Positions 32,212 to 41,626 of a stretch of 64,000 nt of DNA are shown one piece after another (position 1 is the stretch's first letter; each line of letters opens with the position of its first letter). The notes below the pieces were generated by a model. The model saw nothing but the letters and a program-made list of their open reading frames with translations, ran no database searches and had not been told where the DNA came from. The position numbers and the translations under genes are program-made. Origin of the DNA: Candidatus Latescibacterota bacterium (lineage in GTDB: Bacteria > Latescibacterota > UBA2968 > UBA8231); assembly GCA_965248265.1 (NCBI GenBank), contig CBDFJF010000001.1, positions 32,001 through 96,000 of the forward strand. Direction: 5' to 3'.

Positions 32212-35200
32212 CTAACCCCCGCTTTCCTCTTCTGTATCCGAGCCATCCCCAGGAGCCGGGGGCTCCTGAGGATCCTCTACCGTGATGATCACTTCGTCCG
32301 GTGTGCTCTCGAGGCTGCCGTCGCTGACAACCAAGACGATGATGAACTCTCCAGTCGCGGAGGCGACGAAACTCGCCATCTCTGCGTCAGCCTGTTGCAG
32401 TGCTATGCTCTCCGGGGCCTCCCAGCGATAGCTGACGATCTCGCCCAGAAAGGGATCCTCGCTTCCGGAACCATCCAGCTGCACGGTGTCCCCGAGTGCC
32501 ACCGTCTGATCCGGACCGGCATCGGCAATCGGCTGTGCGTTCTGGAGAACGGCGATAATACGGATTCCGTCCGGCGAACTCGACGTACGGCCGTCGCTGA
32601 CCACGAGGGAAAACTCATAGCGCCCGGAATCCGGAGCAACGAACGTGGCGGTCCCATCCTCCCCTGCCATGAGCTCGACTTCGCGGCCCGTCGTCTGTTC
32701 CCAGAAGTAGATGATCTCGTCTCCGTCGGGATCGACGCTGCCACGGCCATCCAGCAACACCGGGGTTCCAGCGGCGACAACCTGATCCAGTCCAGCGTCG
32801 GCGCTGGGTGCAGCCGGTCCCGGCCCCGGCGCCGTCACGGTGATGACGACGACTACGGGATCACTGCGAAAGACGCCATCGCCGACGGTCAGCGTGAACG
32901 TGTACACATCCTCCTCGGTTGCCGTGAACTGAGGCTGTGCGATCGTTGGGTCGTCCAGTGCGACTTCGGCGGGAGCAATCCATTCGAACGTCAACTCGTC
33001 ACCGTCGGGGTCGCTGCTGGCGCTGCCGTCCAACTGCACGACGGTGCCGACCTCCACACTCTGACTGCCTGCCACCCTGGCGATCGGCGCTTCATTGAAG
33101 ATCCTGCCCGTGATGGTCACACGGTCGGGTTCACTGTTCGATTCGCCATCGTTGACGACGAGATCGAACACGTAGGTCCCGACCTCATCGACCAGAAATA
33201 TCGGTCGAACCCCGGCTGGATCAGAAAGCGACACCTCGGGACCCGTCGCCTGACTCCACGAATAGGTCAACGGATCTTCCTCTGGATCGCTGCTGTCGCC
33301 GCCATTCAATTGAGCTGAAAACCCGACCTCGATTTCCTGGTCGGACCCCGCCTCCGCCACGGGAGGTAGATTGATTTCCGTCGCGCGCACGATGACGGTG
33401 TCCGGCTCACTCTCGATTTGACCGTCACCGACAGTGAGCGTAAGCGTGAAGATGCCCTCCTCCAGTGCCGTGAACCGCGGCATCGCCGTGTCGGTTCCTG
33501 TCAGGTCGCCGGAGGGCCCAGATTGACTCCACGCGTAATCCAGATCATCGCCGTCGGGATCGCTGCTGGCGCTGCCATCCAGGGCGATGGTTGTCCCGAC
33601 AATGGCTTCGACGTCAGGGCCGGCAACAGCCGTCGGTACGCCGTTGACGACGAAATCGACGATCAGTGTGTCATTGGCCGTGTTCAGCTCTTCGATCGTC
33701 GAGGCCGCCGGCACCAGCATGATGCGCAACTGATGCTCTCCCCTCGTCGTTTGCCAAGGATCGGTGGTGTAGGTCGAGCTGCGCTGCACCCCGAGATCCA
33801 GGGCGTCAAGCTGATAGAGCGGGGAGTCACTCTGATCCAGAAAGACCACTAGACTGAAGCCGTTGGAAGCCAGGCTGCCGGCATTCGACACGGCAATGCG
33901 AAAGGCGACGGCTTCCCCCTCGTGGATCTGTGCGATCACGATACCGTCCTCATCCTCCGCCTGCAGCCCCCGGACCTGCAGGTCGGGGCGGTCACGTTCG
34001 GAGACAGTTACCGAGTGACTGGTCGAGTCGACGATGTCGGGAGTGGCCCCGAAAACCCAGAGTGTGATCTCGTAGACGCCTGGCTCTTCATACGTAAAAT
34101 TGGGAGGCGATTCCTCCTCGACCCGTTCCTCCGTCCCAAATGACCAGAGATAGGTATCGCCGTAGTCAGAACTGTTGGTCAAGGTCACCGTCAACGGCGC
34201 CTTGCCACCTTCAGGCTCGACGTTGAACGCAGCCATTGGGGCGGGACGCGGGACGGTAATGATCACTGAGACGGGCGCACTCTGCGCTGCCACTTCATCG
34301 ATAACGACGAAGACAAAGCGGAACTCGCCGTAGGTATCGGGAGTGAAGGTCGGAGCACTGCTGGTCGAATCCGACAGCAGATCGACCCGCTCGCCTCGCC
34401 AACGGTACTGCAACGCATCGGCATCCGCATCCACTCCCGAACCGCGCAGGCGCCCGTTGCGGCCAACCTCAACCTGCTCGGGCGCCTCGATAACGGAAGC
34501 CTGTGGCGCGGTATTGGGAATGATCGCGATCAAGGTGTCAGGGGTGCTGATGACGCCGGTTTCCGGGTCTTGGACCTGCAGGAGAAAAGCGTAGGTCCCC
34601 CTGCCTACCGTGCGACTGAAAGAGAGTTCACGGCCGTGGACGGTGTGATTGTCAGGGTTCGACGCGACTACAGCGGTGGAAGCGATTCCTGGGCCCTGCA
34701 GCTGCGACCAATGGTAGATGATCTCTCCCTCGGGACGTCCTCTGCTGAGATCCGCTCGCAGCAGCACACTGTCTTGCGTTGCTTGTGAGAACAGGGTATC
34801 TCGGCCGGCCCCGGTCCCGGCGACGGCCGTCAACTCGAATGCATGGAAGGTCACGGCCGCGCTGTTGATCATTCCAGTGCGATCGCGCGCCTCCACTCTG
34901 GCCGAGAAACCACCGACCGAGGTGACGACGACCTCCGTCGTCTTATCCGTCGTCCATTCCACCTCGAAGATTCCATCATCATCCAGATCCCAACGCACCC
35001 ACAGCGAATCTGTCCGGTCATGGATGTCGGTGACGGAAGCCTCCAGGCGAAAAACAGAATCAACCAATCCGACCTGCGGAGTAACTTGGGCGCTGAGAAT
35101 ATCGGGAGCGGTGTCGTCGACGCGCTGCAGGACCATCGTCACTTTGGCCACTTCGTCGGCTGTGATCTGGACGGTCGCATCCCCACGCCAGAGGATCTGG

Positions 35201-35526
35201 GCCGTCGGACCTTCGAGCCCGAGATCGACGTGACGCTCTCCCACGGGGATGCCCAGCACACGAGCCTCGATAACACCCCCATTGACGAACAGCAGGCTGT
35301 CGATCGTCGTCATGCCTTCGCCGGAGATTCGCAGTCTGGCGCCAGTGACGATGATACGGGCAGCTGGGGTGGTAGCACCCTGTGATGCCGGGCGGCTCGG
35401 CGCCACCGAAATCCGCAAGTCCAAGCCACCGGTCGCGCTCGGACCGGCAGAGGTTGAGCCGCCGTCGCAACCAAGCAATGCCGCCATGGCGAACAGCAGA
35501 GCAAACAGGGCTCGTGTGCCGATCAT
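32212..35526 (-). CDS. Large surface lipoprotein with PKD, CARDB-like and multiple PKD/REJ-like Ig repeats
   Basis: Lipobox LLGC; repeated PxAxAGxDQ...LDGSxSSDPDGDxLxYxW; PKD motif YLWSFG..YEEPGVYEITL. Confidence 0.9.
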   Translation of the reverse strand: MIGTRALFALLFAMAALLGCDGGSTSAGPSATGGLDLRISVAPSRPASQGATTPAARIIVTGARLRISGEGMTTIDSLLFVNGGVIEARVLGIPVGERHVDLGLEGPTAQILWRGDATVQITADEVAKVTMVLQRVDDTAPDILSAQVTPQVGLVDSVFRLEASVTDIHDRTDSLWVRWDLDDDGIFEVEWTTDKTTEVVVTSVGGFSARVEARDRTGMINSAAVTFHAFELTAVAGTGAGRDTLFSQATQDSVLLRADLSRGRPEGEIIYHWSQLQGPGIASTAVVASNPDNHTVHGRELSFSRTVGRGTYAFLLQVQDPETGVISTPDTLIAIIPNTAPQASVIEAPEQVEVGRNGRLRGSGVDADADALQYRWRGERVDLLSDSTSSAPTFTPDTYGEFRFVFVVIDEVAAQSAPVSVIITVPRPAPMAAFNVEPEGGKAPLTVTLTNSSDYGDTYLWSFGTEERVEEESPPNFTYEEPGVYEITLWVFGATPDIVDSTSHSVTVSERDRPDLQVRGLQAEDEDGIVIAQIHEGEAVAFRIAVSNAGSLASNGFSLVVFLDQSDSPLYQLDALDLGVQRSSTYTTDPWQTTRGEHQLRIMLVPAASTIEELNTANDTLIVDFVVNGVPTAVAGPDVEAIVGTTIALDGSASSDPDGDDLDYAWSQSGPSGDLTGTDTAMPRFTALEEGIFTLTLTVGDGQIESEPDTVIVRATEINLPPVAEAGSDQEIEVGFSAQLNGGDSSDPEEDPLTYSWSQATGPEVSLSDPAGVRPIFLVDEVGTYVFDLVVNDGESNSEPDRVTITGRIFNEAPIARVAGSQSVEVGTVVQLDGSASSDPDGDELTFEWIAPAEVALDDPTIAQPQFTATEEDVYTFTLTVGDGVFRSDPVVVVITVTAPGPGPAAPSADAGLDQVVAAGTPVLLDGRGSVDPDGDEIIYFWEQTTGREVELMAGEDGTATFVAPDSGRYEFSLVVSDGRTSSSPDGIRIIAVLQNAQPIADAGPDQTVALGDTVQLDGSGSEDPFLGEIVSYRWEAPESIALQQADAEMASFVASATGEFIIVLVVSDGSLESTPDEVIITVEDPQEPPAPGDGSDTEEESGG

Positions 35527-35542
35527 CGTTGGTCGCCGAGCA

Positions 35543-36526
35543 TCAAGGAACTACAACCTCGATCTCCACCCCACCCGTCGACGGCACCTGGTCTCCATCG
35601 GAGCTGGCCACCGCGATGCTGCCGGCCACACCCAATCCAAGCAGCAGCCACAACCACTTCCTGCTCCGGGACTGCTCTTCGGCAGTCATGGCCAGGAGAG
35701 GGTTGTCGGTCCCCGGCTCTCGTTCATCGAAAAGGAACATGAAATCCTCACTCGACGATGACGAAAACCAGGGCACCTGGTCAGTGGTGGTATTGGTGAC
35801 CAGAGCTCTGGCCGTGCGAAGAACCTCCGGCAACGTGCGCCCGGGAATGGCCATGCTTTTGAGAAGCATCTTCGTGTAAAGGCTGTTGCCCCCAGCAGGC
35901 GCTGCAACGTTGACGACGGTCCCCGGGCTCGTGGAGAATGCCACGAACACGCCATCGGATGATTCAACCCGCGCCAGACCGGTGGCGGAGGACGACAGCT
36001 TCCTGGCCCCCGGGTAGGGCCTGCCGGCTTCCAGAATGACGATGTTGATCCGATTCCCTGCCGTTTCCATCGTCGACACCAGCGCTCCGAGATCCACGGC
36101 CTCGAAAGCGGCCGCTGACTCGCTGTCGATGTTACTGCCGATGGGCACCAGATAGTTCCTGTTTGCGACCTGCACGGCGTAGCCGGCGTAGTAGAACAAC
36201 CCGGCACCGCCGCGCCGGAGGCGCTGGCGAAAATCGCCAATGGCATCCGTGATGCCGCGCTTGTCAGCGTCGAGGCGTTGAATAACCTGAAAACCGGAGG
36301 CCTTGAGAGCACGGTTCATGGCCAGAGCGTCATTCGTTGCGGTCGCGAGTGGGCGTTCGGTGTACACCCCATTGCCGATCACGAGAGCGACTCTTGGTTC
36401 GTCGAGAATCTCCATCGACCCCCCGCTCCTGGCTGACACAAATCCAGCCTGGCACACGGCAATCAGGACAAGGGTGGACGTCCTGGCAAAAGCGCGTCCA
36501 GTCGGGGATGTCGTTGATATCATCAT
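35543..36526 (-). CDS. Caspase-family (peptidase C14/p20) domain protein, predicted inactive, with C-terminal TM
   Basis: RVALVIGNGVY, NDALAM..L..GF, NYLVP, NSLYT; dyad positions read YAGYA and ILEAGR instead of GHG and DACR. Confidence 0.88.
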   Translation of the reverse strand: MMISTTSPTGRAFARTSTLVLIAVCQAGFVSARSGGSMEILDEPRVALVIGNGVYTERPLATATNDALAMNRALKASGFQVIQRLDADKRGITDAIGDFRQRLRRGGAGLFYYAGYAVQVANRNYLVPIGSNIDSESAAAFEAVDLGALVSTMETAGNRINIVILEAGRPYPGARKLSSSATGLARVESSDGVFVAFSTSPGTVVNVAAPAGGNSLYTKMLLKSMAIPGRTLPEVLRTARALVTNTTTDQVPWFSSSSSEDFMFLFDEREPGTDNPLLAMTAEEQSRSRKWLWLLLGLGVAGSIAVASSDGDQVPSTGGVEIEVVVP

Positions 36527-36671
36527 GCCAGTCTCAACTTAGACCTTTGACCGCAACCGGATAAGGACGCACCCAGACGCAACTATTCCAGCACGGGATT
36601 CAGCAAGCACTGATATCTGGAGTCGGTAACAGAGGAGATTGCGGGGCGCGGAAATCAGGGGCGGCACGCCT

Positions 36672-37490
36672 TCACTTGAGCAGAGTGGCTTTGTACGATT
36701 CGCGCCGCTCTCCCGCCCGCAGGCGGATGACGGAGACCCCGGTCGAAACCTCGCGACCACCGTCGTCCCTTGCGTCCCATTTGGCCCCGTAGCTCCCCGC
36801 TGTCTGGCGACCGGAGACGAGACGGCGCACCGGCCTGCCCAACAGGTCGAAGACGCTCAGATCTACGGGACCTGTCTGGTCGATGCTGTAGTTGATGAGG
36901 GTTTCGGCGTTGAAGGGATTGGGATAATTGGGCCGGAGTTCAAACTGTGCCGGCGACACCTCCTCGATCTCGATCGCCGTCATCACACCGAGCACGATGC
37001 GCGCATCAGTCGTGTACACCGCGCGGTCGGTTGTGCTGGGACCGATACTCAAACTCACCAGGGAGACTTCCGTCTTGCCGGGGAACCCTTCCTCAACAAG
37101 AAAATCGATTTCCATCAGATCAGTCGGCCCCTGGATAGTCGCTCCCAGGATGGAATAGGCGAACTTGACCCCAGACTCTGACACGGACCCGGCGGAAACC
37201 GGGGTGATGGCATCTGCGTACAGACCCACAGCTCTGCTGCTGACTGGCGTCAGGGCAAGAGCGTCGTAGGCGAGATCGACCTCCAGCTGGCTGAAAGGAC
37301 CGGGGTCAGCTAGCAGCGTCAACTGCAGCGTGATGGTTTCACCGACTCTGGCCTCGGGAGTCATCAACACACCCTGCGCCCCCGCATTGAGGTCGAGATC
37401 CAGGGCAATGCCAGGTTCCTGGGCGAGAGTCACCAGCGGACAAACCATCATGCATGAACCGACGATTACGGCTTTGAGTAGTGAACCCAT
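36672..37490 (-). CDS. Secreted cohesin-like protein with FlgD-Ig/T9SS-type C-terminal domain
   Basis: Signal peptide; cohesin-like beta-sandwich; FELRPNYPNPFN...VFDLLGRPVRRLV...WDARDDGGREVSTG. Confidence 0.8.
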   Translation of the reverse strand: MGSLLKAVIVGSCMMVCPLVTLAQEPGIALDLDLNAGAQGVLMTPEARVGETITLQLTLLADPGPFSQLEVDLAYDALALTPVSSRAVGLYADAITPVSAGSVSESGVKFAYSILGATIQGPTDLMEIDFLVEEGFPGKTEVSLVSLSIGPSTTDRAVYTTDARIVLGVMTAIEIEEVSPAQFELRPNYPNPFNAETLINYSIDQTGPVDLSVFDLLGRPVRRLVSGRQTAGSYGAKWDARDDGGREVSTGVSVIRLRAGERRESYKATLLK

Positions 37491-37666
37491 TTCTCATTCC
37501 CTTTGTCTATTCAGTATTTCGGCAGGTATACACTGAAAATGTAACCGTTTTGCACCACCTCCGCCCCAGAACAAGATGGTCTACTTGCAACCGGCAAGCC
37601 GCCGTGTGACTGTTCTATGGTGAGAATGACGCCAACGCAGCCCAAATGGGATACTCGGACAGGCTC

Positions 37667-38446
37667 ATGAAGACCGCCATGCACATGATTCGTCATCATA
37701 CGCGCACCATACTGGTAGCGCTGTTGTTGCCTTGCGCTGCGACAGGTGGGGAGGGCAAAATTGGGCCTGATGTCGACTCGCTGTTGCGTCGCTTCGACGA
37801 GATGTATGAATCCTCCGGGACGATGGCACTCGTCGAAATTGAGATCACCCGGCCGGGCAAGACACGAAGCTTGCGCATGCGTTCGTGGAGCAAGGGTGCG
37901 GACAAAGCCCTCATCGTCATCGACGCTCCCTCACGTGATGCCGGCACGGCGACGCTCAAGGTCGAGCGCAACCTGTGGAACTACCTGCCCAAGATATCTC
38001 GCACCATCCGCGTGCCGGCCTCACTGATGATGGGCTCGTGGATGGGCAGCGACCTGACCAACGACGACCTGGTGCGGGAATCGTCGTACGGCGAGGATTA
38101 CGAAGCAGTACTGACCGGCACCAGTGAGGATCCTCCTGGTTGGATCGTCGACCTCAAGGCCCGACCGGATATTCCGGGGTTGTGGGAGCGCGTCGAGGTC
38201 GTGTTCTCTCGCGACCAGTTGGTACCGGTGCGGTCACGATACTTCGATCGCAAGGGACGGCTGGCGCGTACCATGCACCTGGATGAAATCAAGACGATCG
38301 GGGACAAGCTGGTAGCGACCCGTATCATGGTTGAGCCCGAGCGCGAACCCGGGAAGCGCACGGTGCTGCGCTACCTGGAGGTAAATTTCGACGTAGAACT
38401 CGACGAGAACCTGTTCAGCCTGGCGCAACTGGAACGCCGGCGATAA
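37667..38446 (+). CDS. Outer membrane lipoprotein-sorting (LolA-like) protein
   Basis: DAGTATLK..NLWNYLPKISRTIR, SWMGSDLTNDD, LFSLAQLER. Start uncertain. Confidence 0.88.
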   Translation: MKTAMHMIRHHTRTILVALLLPCAATGGEGKIGPDVDSLLRRFDEMYESSGTMALVEIEITRPGKTRSLRMRSWSKGADKALIVIDAPSRDAGTATLKVERNLWNYLPKISRTIRVPASLMMGSWMGSDLTNDDLVRESSYGEDYEAVLTGTSEDPPGWIVDLKARPDIPGLWERVEVVFSRDQLVPVRSRYFDRKGRLARTMHLDEIKTIGDKLVATRIMVEPEREPGKRTVLRYLEVNFDVELDENLFSLAQLERRR

Positions 38447-38455
38447 GGGAGCGTC

Positions 38456-39694
38456 ATGGAACCGACCTCCTCTACCTGGACGATCGCCTGGCGCAACCTC
38501 GGTCGCAACCGCAAGCGCTCCCTGCTCGCCTGTAGCGCCATCGGGCTGGGCCAATTCGCCTTCCTGTGCACGGCCGCCATCATGCACGGCTATGCCGAGC
38601 AGTACTTCGACTCGATCACCGGACCGATGATCGGCCATGTCCAGATTCATGCACCGCAATGGCGAGAGGACCGTGCCGTCGAACGAACCATCGAAGTTGA
38701 AGCCGCTCTCAACGCGATCCGCTCCGACCCGGCAGTCGAGCGCGCTGCCCCCAGGCTATACGCCCCGGTGCTGGCGGCTCTGGAAGACGAAGGGTTCATG
38801 GCCGTGGTCGTGGGAGCTGACCCCGGTGCAGAGTCCCATCCCAATGGTCTGCTGCCGCGAGCGGAGTTTTCCCGTTTTCTGAGTGAAGGACGCGTCCTCG
38901 TCGGACATGGATTTGCGCGCCGGCACGGAATCCAACCCGGCGCCGAGCTGGCCGTGATCGGCCAGGACATTGACGGTTCGATCGCCAGCGAACTGTATGA
39001 GGTGGCGGGGGTGATCGATTCCCCGGTGGAGCTCGTCAACAGTTCCGGCATCGTCGCCTCGCTGGATGACGTCAGAGCCCTCCTGCGCATGGGCGACGAG
39101 GCTCACGAGATCGTTGTTCATCTTGAGCAGAGCGATCGCGTCGCCGAGGCAGCAACACGACTGGCGGCCCAGCCGTCATTGGCAGCGACCGAGGTCAGTC
39201 CCTGGCACGATGTGGTGCCGCAGATGGCCGGCATCATCGACATGATGAACACCTACACCCTGATCATCCTCCTGATCGTCTTTCTGGCATCGGCCGCCGG
39301 CATCGCCAATACCTTGTTGATGTCTACGTTCGAGCGCCGTCGTGAGCTGGGCATGTTGCTGGCACTGGGGTCACATCCCACCCGTCTCGTCGGCATGGTC
39401 GCAATCGAGGCCGTACTGCTGGGTCTGATCGGGGTGGCGGCCGGCACATGCCTGGGAATCCTGTTTACCGCATTGACGGCCGGTCCAGGCTTCGACCTGG
39501 TCGTTCTAGGAGGGCAAGAGTCGTTCGAAGTCGGCTATCAGGGCGTTCAAGTCTCGTCCCGTGTTTTCCCCGAGCTCAGGGTCCAGGATGTACTCGCCGG
39601 CGTCGCCGCGGTAGTGGTGACCGCCCTTGCCGCCTGCGTCTGGCCGATGCTGCATATCTCCCGCCTGGAGCCGATGGAGGCGATGCGGATATGA
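38456..39694 (+). CDS. ABC transporter permease, FtsX/LolE family
   Basis: IAWRNLGRNRKRS, ANTLLMSTFERRRELGMLLALG, RLEPMEAMR. Confidence 0.92.
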   Translation: MEPTSSTWTIAWRNLGRNRKRSLLACSAIGLGQFAFLCTAAIMHGYAEQYFDSITGPMIGHVQIHAPQWREDRAVERTIEVEAALNAIRSDPAVERAAPRLYAPVLAALEDEGFMAVVVGADPGAESHPNGLLPRAEFSRFLSEGRVLVGHGFARRHGIQPGAELAVIGQDIDGSIASELYEVAGVIDSPVELVNSSGIVASLDDVRALLRMGDEAHEIVVHLEQSDRVAEAATRLAAQPSLAATEVSPWHDVVPQMAGIIDMMNTYTLIILLIVFLASAAGIANTLLMSTFERRRELGMLLALGSHPTRLVGMVAIEAVLLGLIGVAAGTCLGILFTALTAGPGFDLVVLGGQESFEVGYQGVQVSSRVFPELRVQDVLAGVAAVVVTALAACVWPMLHISRLEPMEAMRI

Positions 39695-40920
39695 CGCTGA
39701 AACTCGCCTTGCGTTCGCTGGGTCGGAGCCGGCGGCGCACCCTGCTTTCGGTACTGGGCGTCGGCGTGGGGTGCGCGATCGCCGTGTTCTCGACGGCCTT
39801 TATGCGCGGTGGCCGCGAGTTGCGGGTGCGGGCTATTTCCGAGAGTGGTTTCGGCCATGTTCGCCTGGCTCCCGCCACGTGGGAGCAGAATCGTGACAAT
39901 GACCTGCGCCTGCCGGAATGGAGCCGATTGCTGGCATCAGTCCGCGCCATCGAGGGCGTCGCCGTTGCGACCCCTCACGCCAGGGCGCAGGGGTTGTTGG
40001 CCTTCGGTACCCGTATTTCGGGAGTCGAGCTGCTCGGCGTCGATCCGCTCATGGAAGGTCGGGTAAATCGGCTGGTACGCGCACTTTCGAAAGGCCGCTA
40101 CTTGCGGCCCTCCGACACCGGATCCGTCGTGGTCGGACGCGCTCTGGTCGAGCGCCTCGACGTGGAACTCGGCGACGATCTGCTGCTCACCCTGTCCCGG
40201 GCCGACGGTGAGCTCGAATACTCCATGCTGCGCATCGTCGGCATCGTCGAAACCGGCAGTCGTGAGATCGATTCCTCGATCTGCCACGTCACGCTGGAGC
40301 AACTGGAACGGCTGACCGGCCTTCGGGGCGCCGCGGAGATTACGGTGGTAGCTGCTGATCCGCTGCGCCTCGACCAGATGGCACAGCAGCTGGCACAATC
40401 GATGCCTGCGAGCGCACAGGTGCTCACCTGGCGGCAAGTGCTGCCGGCCATGGGTGGTGATGCCGCCGCTGACAGGGCCTTCACCAATCTGTTCATCGGC
40501 ATCGTCATCCTCGTCGTCATTCTCGGAGTGACCAGCGCTCAATTGACGGCCGTCCTGGAGCGCCGCCGAGAGTTCGCAGTATTGAACGCTCTGGGCATGA
40601 AAGACATCCACATCGTGTGGCTGGTGTTGCTCGAGGCGGCAGCCATGGGGGCAGTGGGAACGTTGGTCGGACTCGCACTCGCCACTCCCCTCGTCTACCA
40701 CACAGCGACTGAGGGCATCGACTTCTCCGAGCTCATGAGTGGCGACGTCGCCGTAACGGGCGTGTTCTTCGACCCGATCATTTACTCAGATATGGGTCTG
40801 TGGATGCTGCCCTATGCCGGCTTCGTGGGCATGGCATCGGCCCTATGCGCGGCACTCTACCCGGCCTGGCTGGTCATGCGCCAGAATCCGGCCGCAGCCC
40901 TTGGTTACTCGAATGGATAG
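39691..40920 (+). CDS. ABC transporter permease, FtsX/LolC family
   Basis: Start MTLKLALRSLGRSRRRT (ATGA overlap); VLERRREFAVLNALGM; ALYPAW..NPAAAL. Confidence 0.92.
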   Translation: MTLKLALRSLGRSRRRTLLSVLGVGVGCAIAVFSTAFMRGGRELRVRAISESGFGHVRLAPATWEQNRDNDLRLPEWSRLLASVRAIEGVAVATPHARAQGLLAFGTRISGVELLGVDPLMEGRVNRLVRALSKGRYLRPSDTGSVVVGRALVERLDVELGDDLLLTLSRADGELEYSMLRIVGIVETGSREIDSSICHVTLEQLERLTGLRGAAEITVVAADPLRLDQMAQQLAQSMPASAQVLTWRQVLPAMGGDAAADRAFTNLFIGIVILVVILGVTSAQLTAVLERRREFAVLNALGMKDIHIVWLVLLEAAAMGAVGTLVGLALATPLVYHTATEGIDFSELMSGDVAVTGVFFDPIIYSDMGLWMLPYAGFVGMASALCAALYPAWLVMRQNPAAALGYSNG

Positions 40921-40924
40921 AGGT

Positions 40925-41626
40925 ATGGTCGAGGTACTGGTCGAGACAACCAACCTGGAGAAAGAATTTCGCACGGGTGAGGTACGGGTACAAGCGTTGC
41001 GCGGCGTGGATATGACGATACATGCAGGTGAATTCATGTCCATCGTGGGACCCAGCGGCAGCGGCAAGACCACACTGCTCAACCTGATCGGTGCCCTGGA
41101 CGTGCCGACGGATGGCCGCATCCAGGTGTTCGGACATGATCTTTCTAATTTGAGCCGGCACGCCCGTGCTAACCTGCGGTTGCATTCGTTGGGCTTTGTC
41201 TTCCAGGCCTACAATCTGGTGCCCGTTCTCACAGCGCGAGAGAATGTCGAGTTCGTACTGGAGATACAGGGTATGCCCGCGGGCCAACGCCGCGCCCGCG
41301 CCGAAGAGACACTCAGTGATCTCGATCTGACAGACCTCGCTGAGCGCCGCCCGGGCGAGATGTCGGGGGGTCAGCAGCAGCGTGTGGCGGTGGCACGTGC
41401 GGTGGCAGCGCGCCCCCGGTTGGTATTGGCTGACGAACCAACAGCCAACCTCGACAGTGACAACGCCCATGCCCTGCTTGAGATGATGCGACGGCTCCGC
41501 GACGATCGCGGCATGACCTTCGCGTTCTCAACTCACGATCCACTCGTCATCTCCTACGCCTCTCGCGTACTGACGCTGCGTGACGGCAAGGTCGTCAGTG
41601 ATGAACCAGGCGAAGCAGGCGGTTAG
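40925..41626 (+). CDS. ABC transporter ATP-binding protein, LolD family
   Basis: GPSGSGKT, MSGGQQQRVAVARA, LADEPTANLD, STHD. Confidence 0.94.
   Translation: MVEVLVETTNLEKEFRTGEVRVQALRGVDMTIHAGEFMSIVGPSGSGKTTLLNLIGALDVPTDGRIQVFGHDLSNLSRHARANLRLHSLGFVFQAYNLVPVLTARENVEFVLEIQGMPAGQRRARAEETLSDLDLTDLAERRPGEMSGGQQQRVAVARAVAARPRLVLADEPTANLDSDNAHALLEMMRRLRDDRGMTFAFSTHDPLVISYASRVLTLRDGKVVSDEPGEAGG

Noticed and set aside
32068-33318. Long antisense ORFs (also 25552..26553, 27661..28737, 56478..57401, 62231..63226, 405..1022)
   Set aside because: Shadow frames of well-supported genes in GC-rich DNA, with no recognisable motifs.
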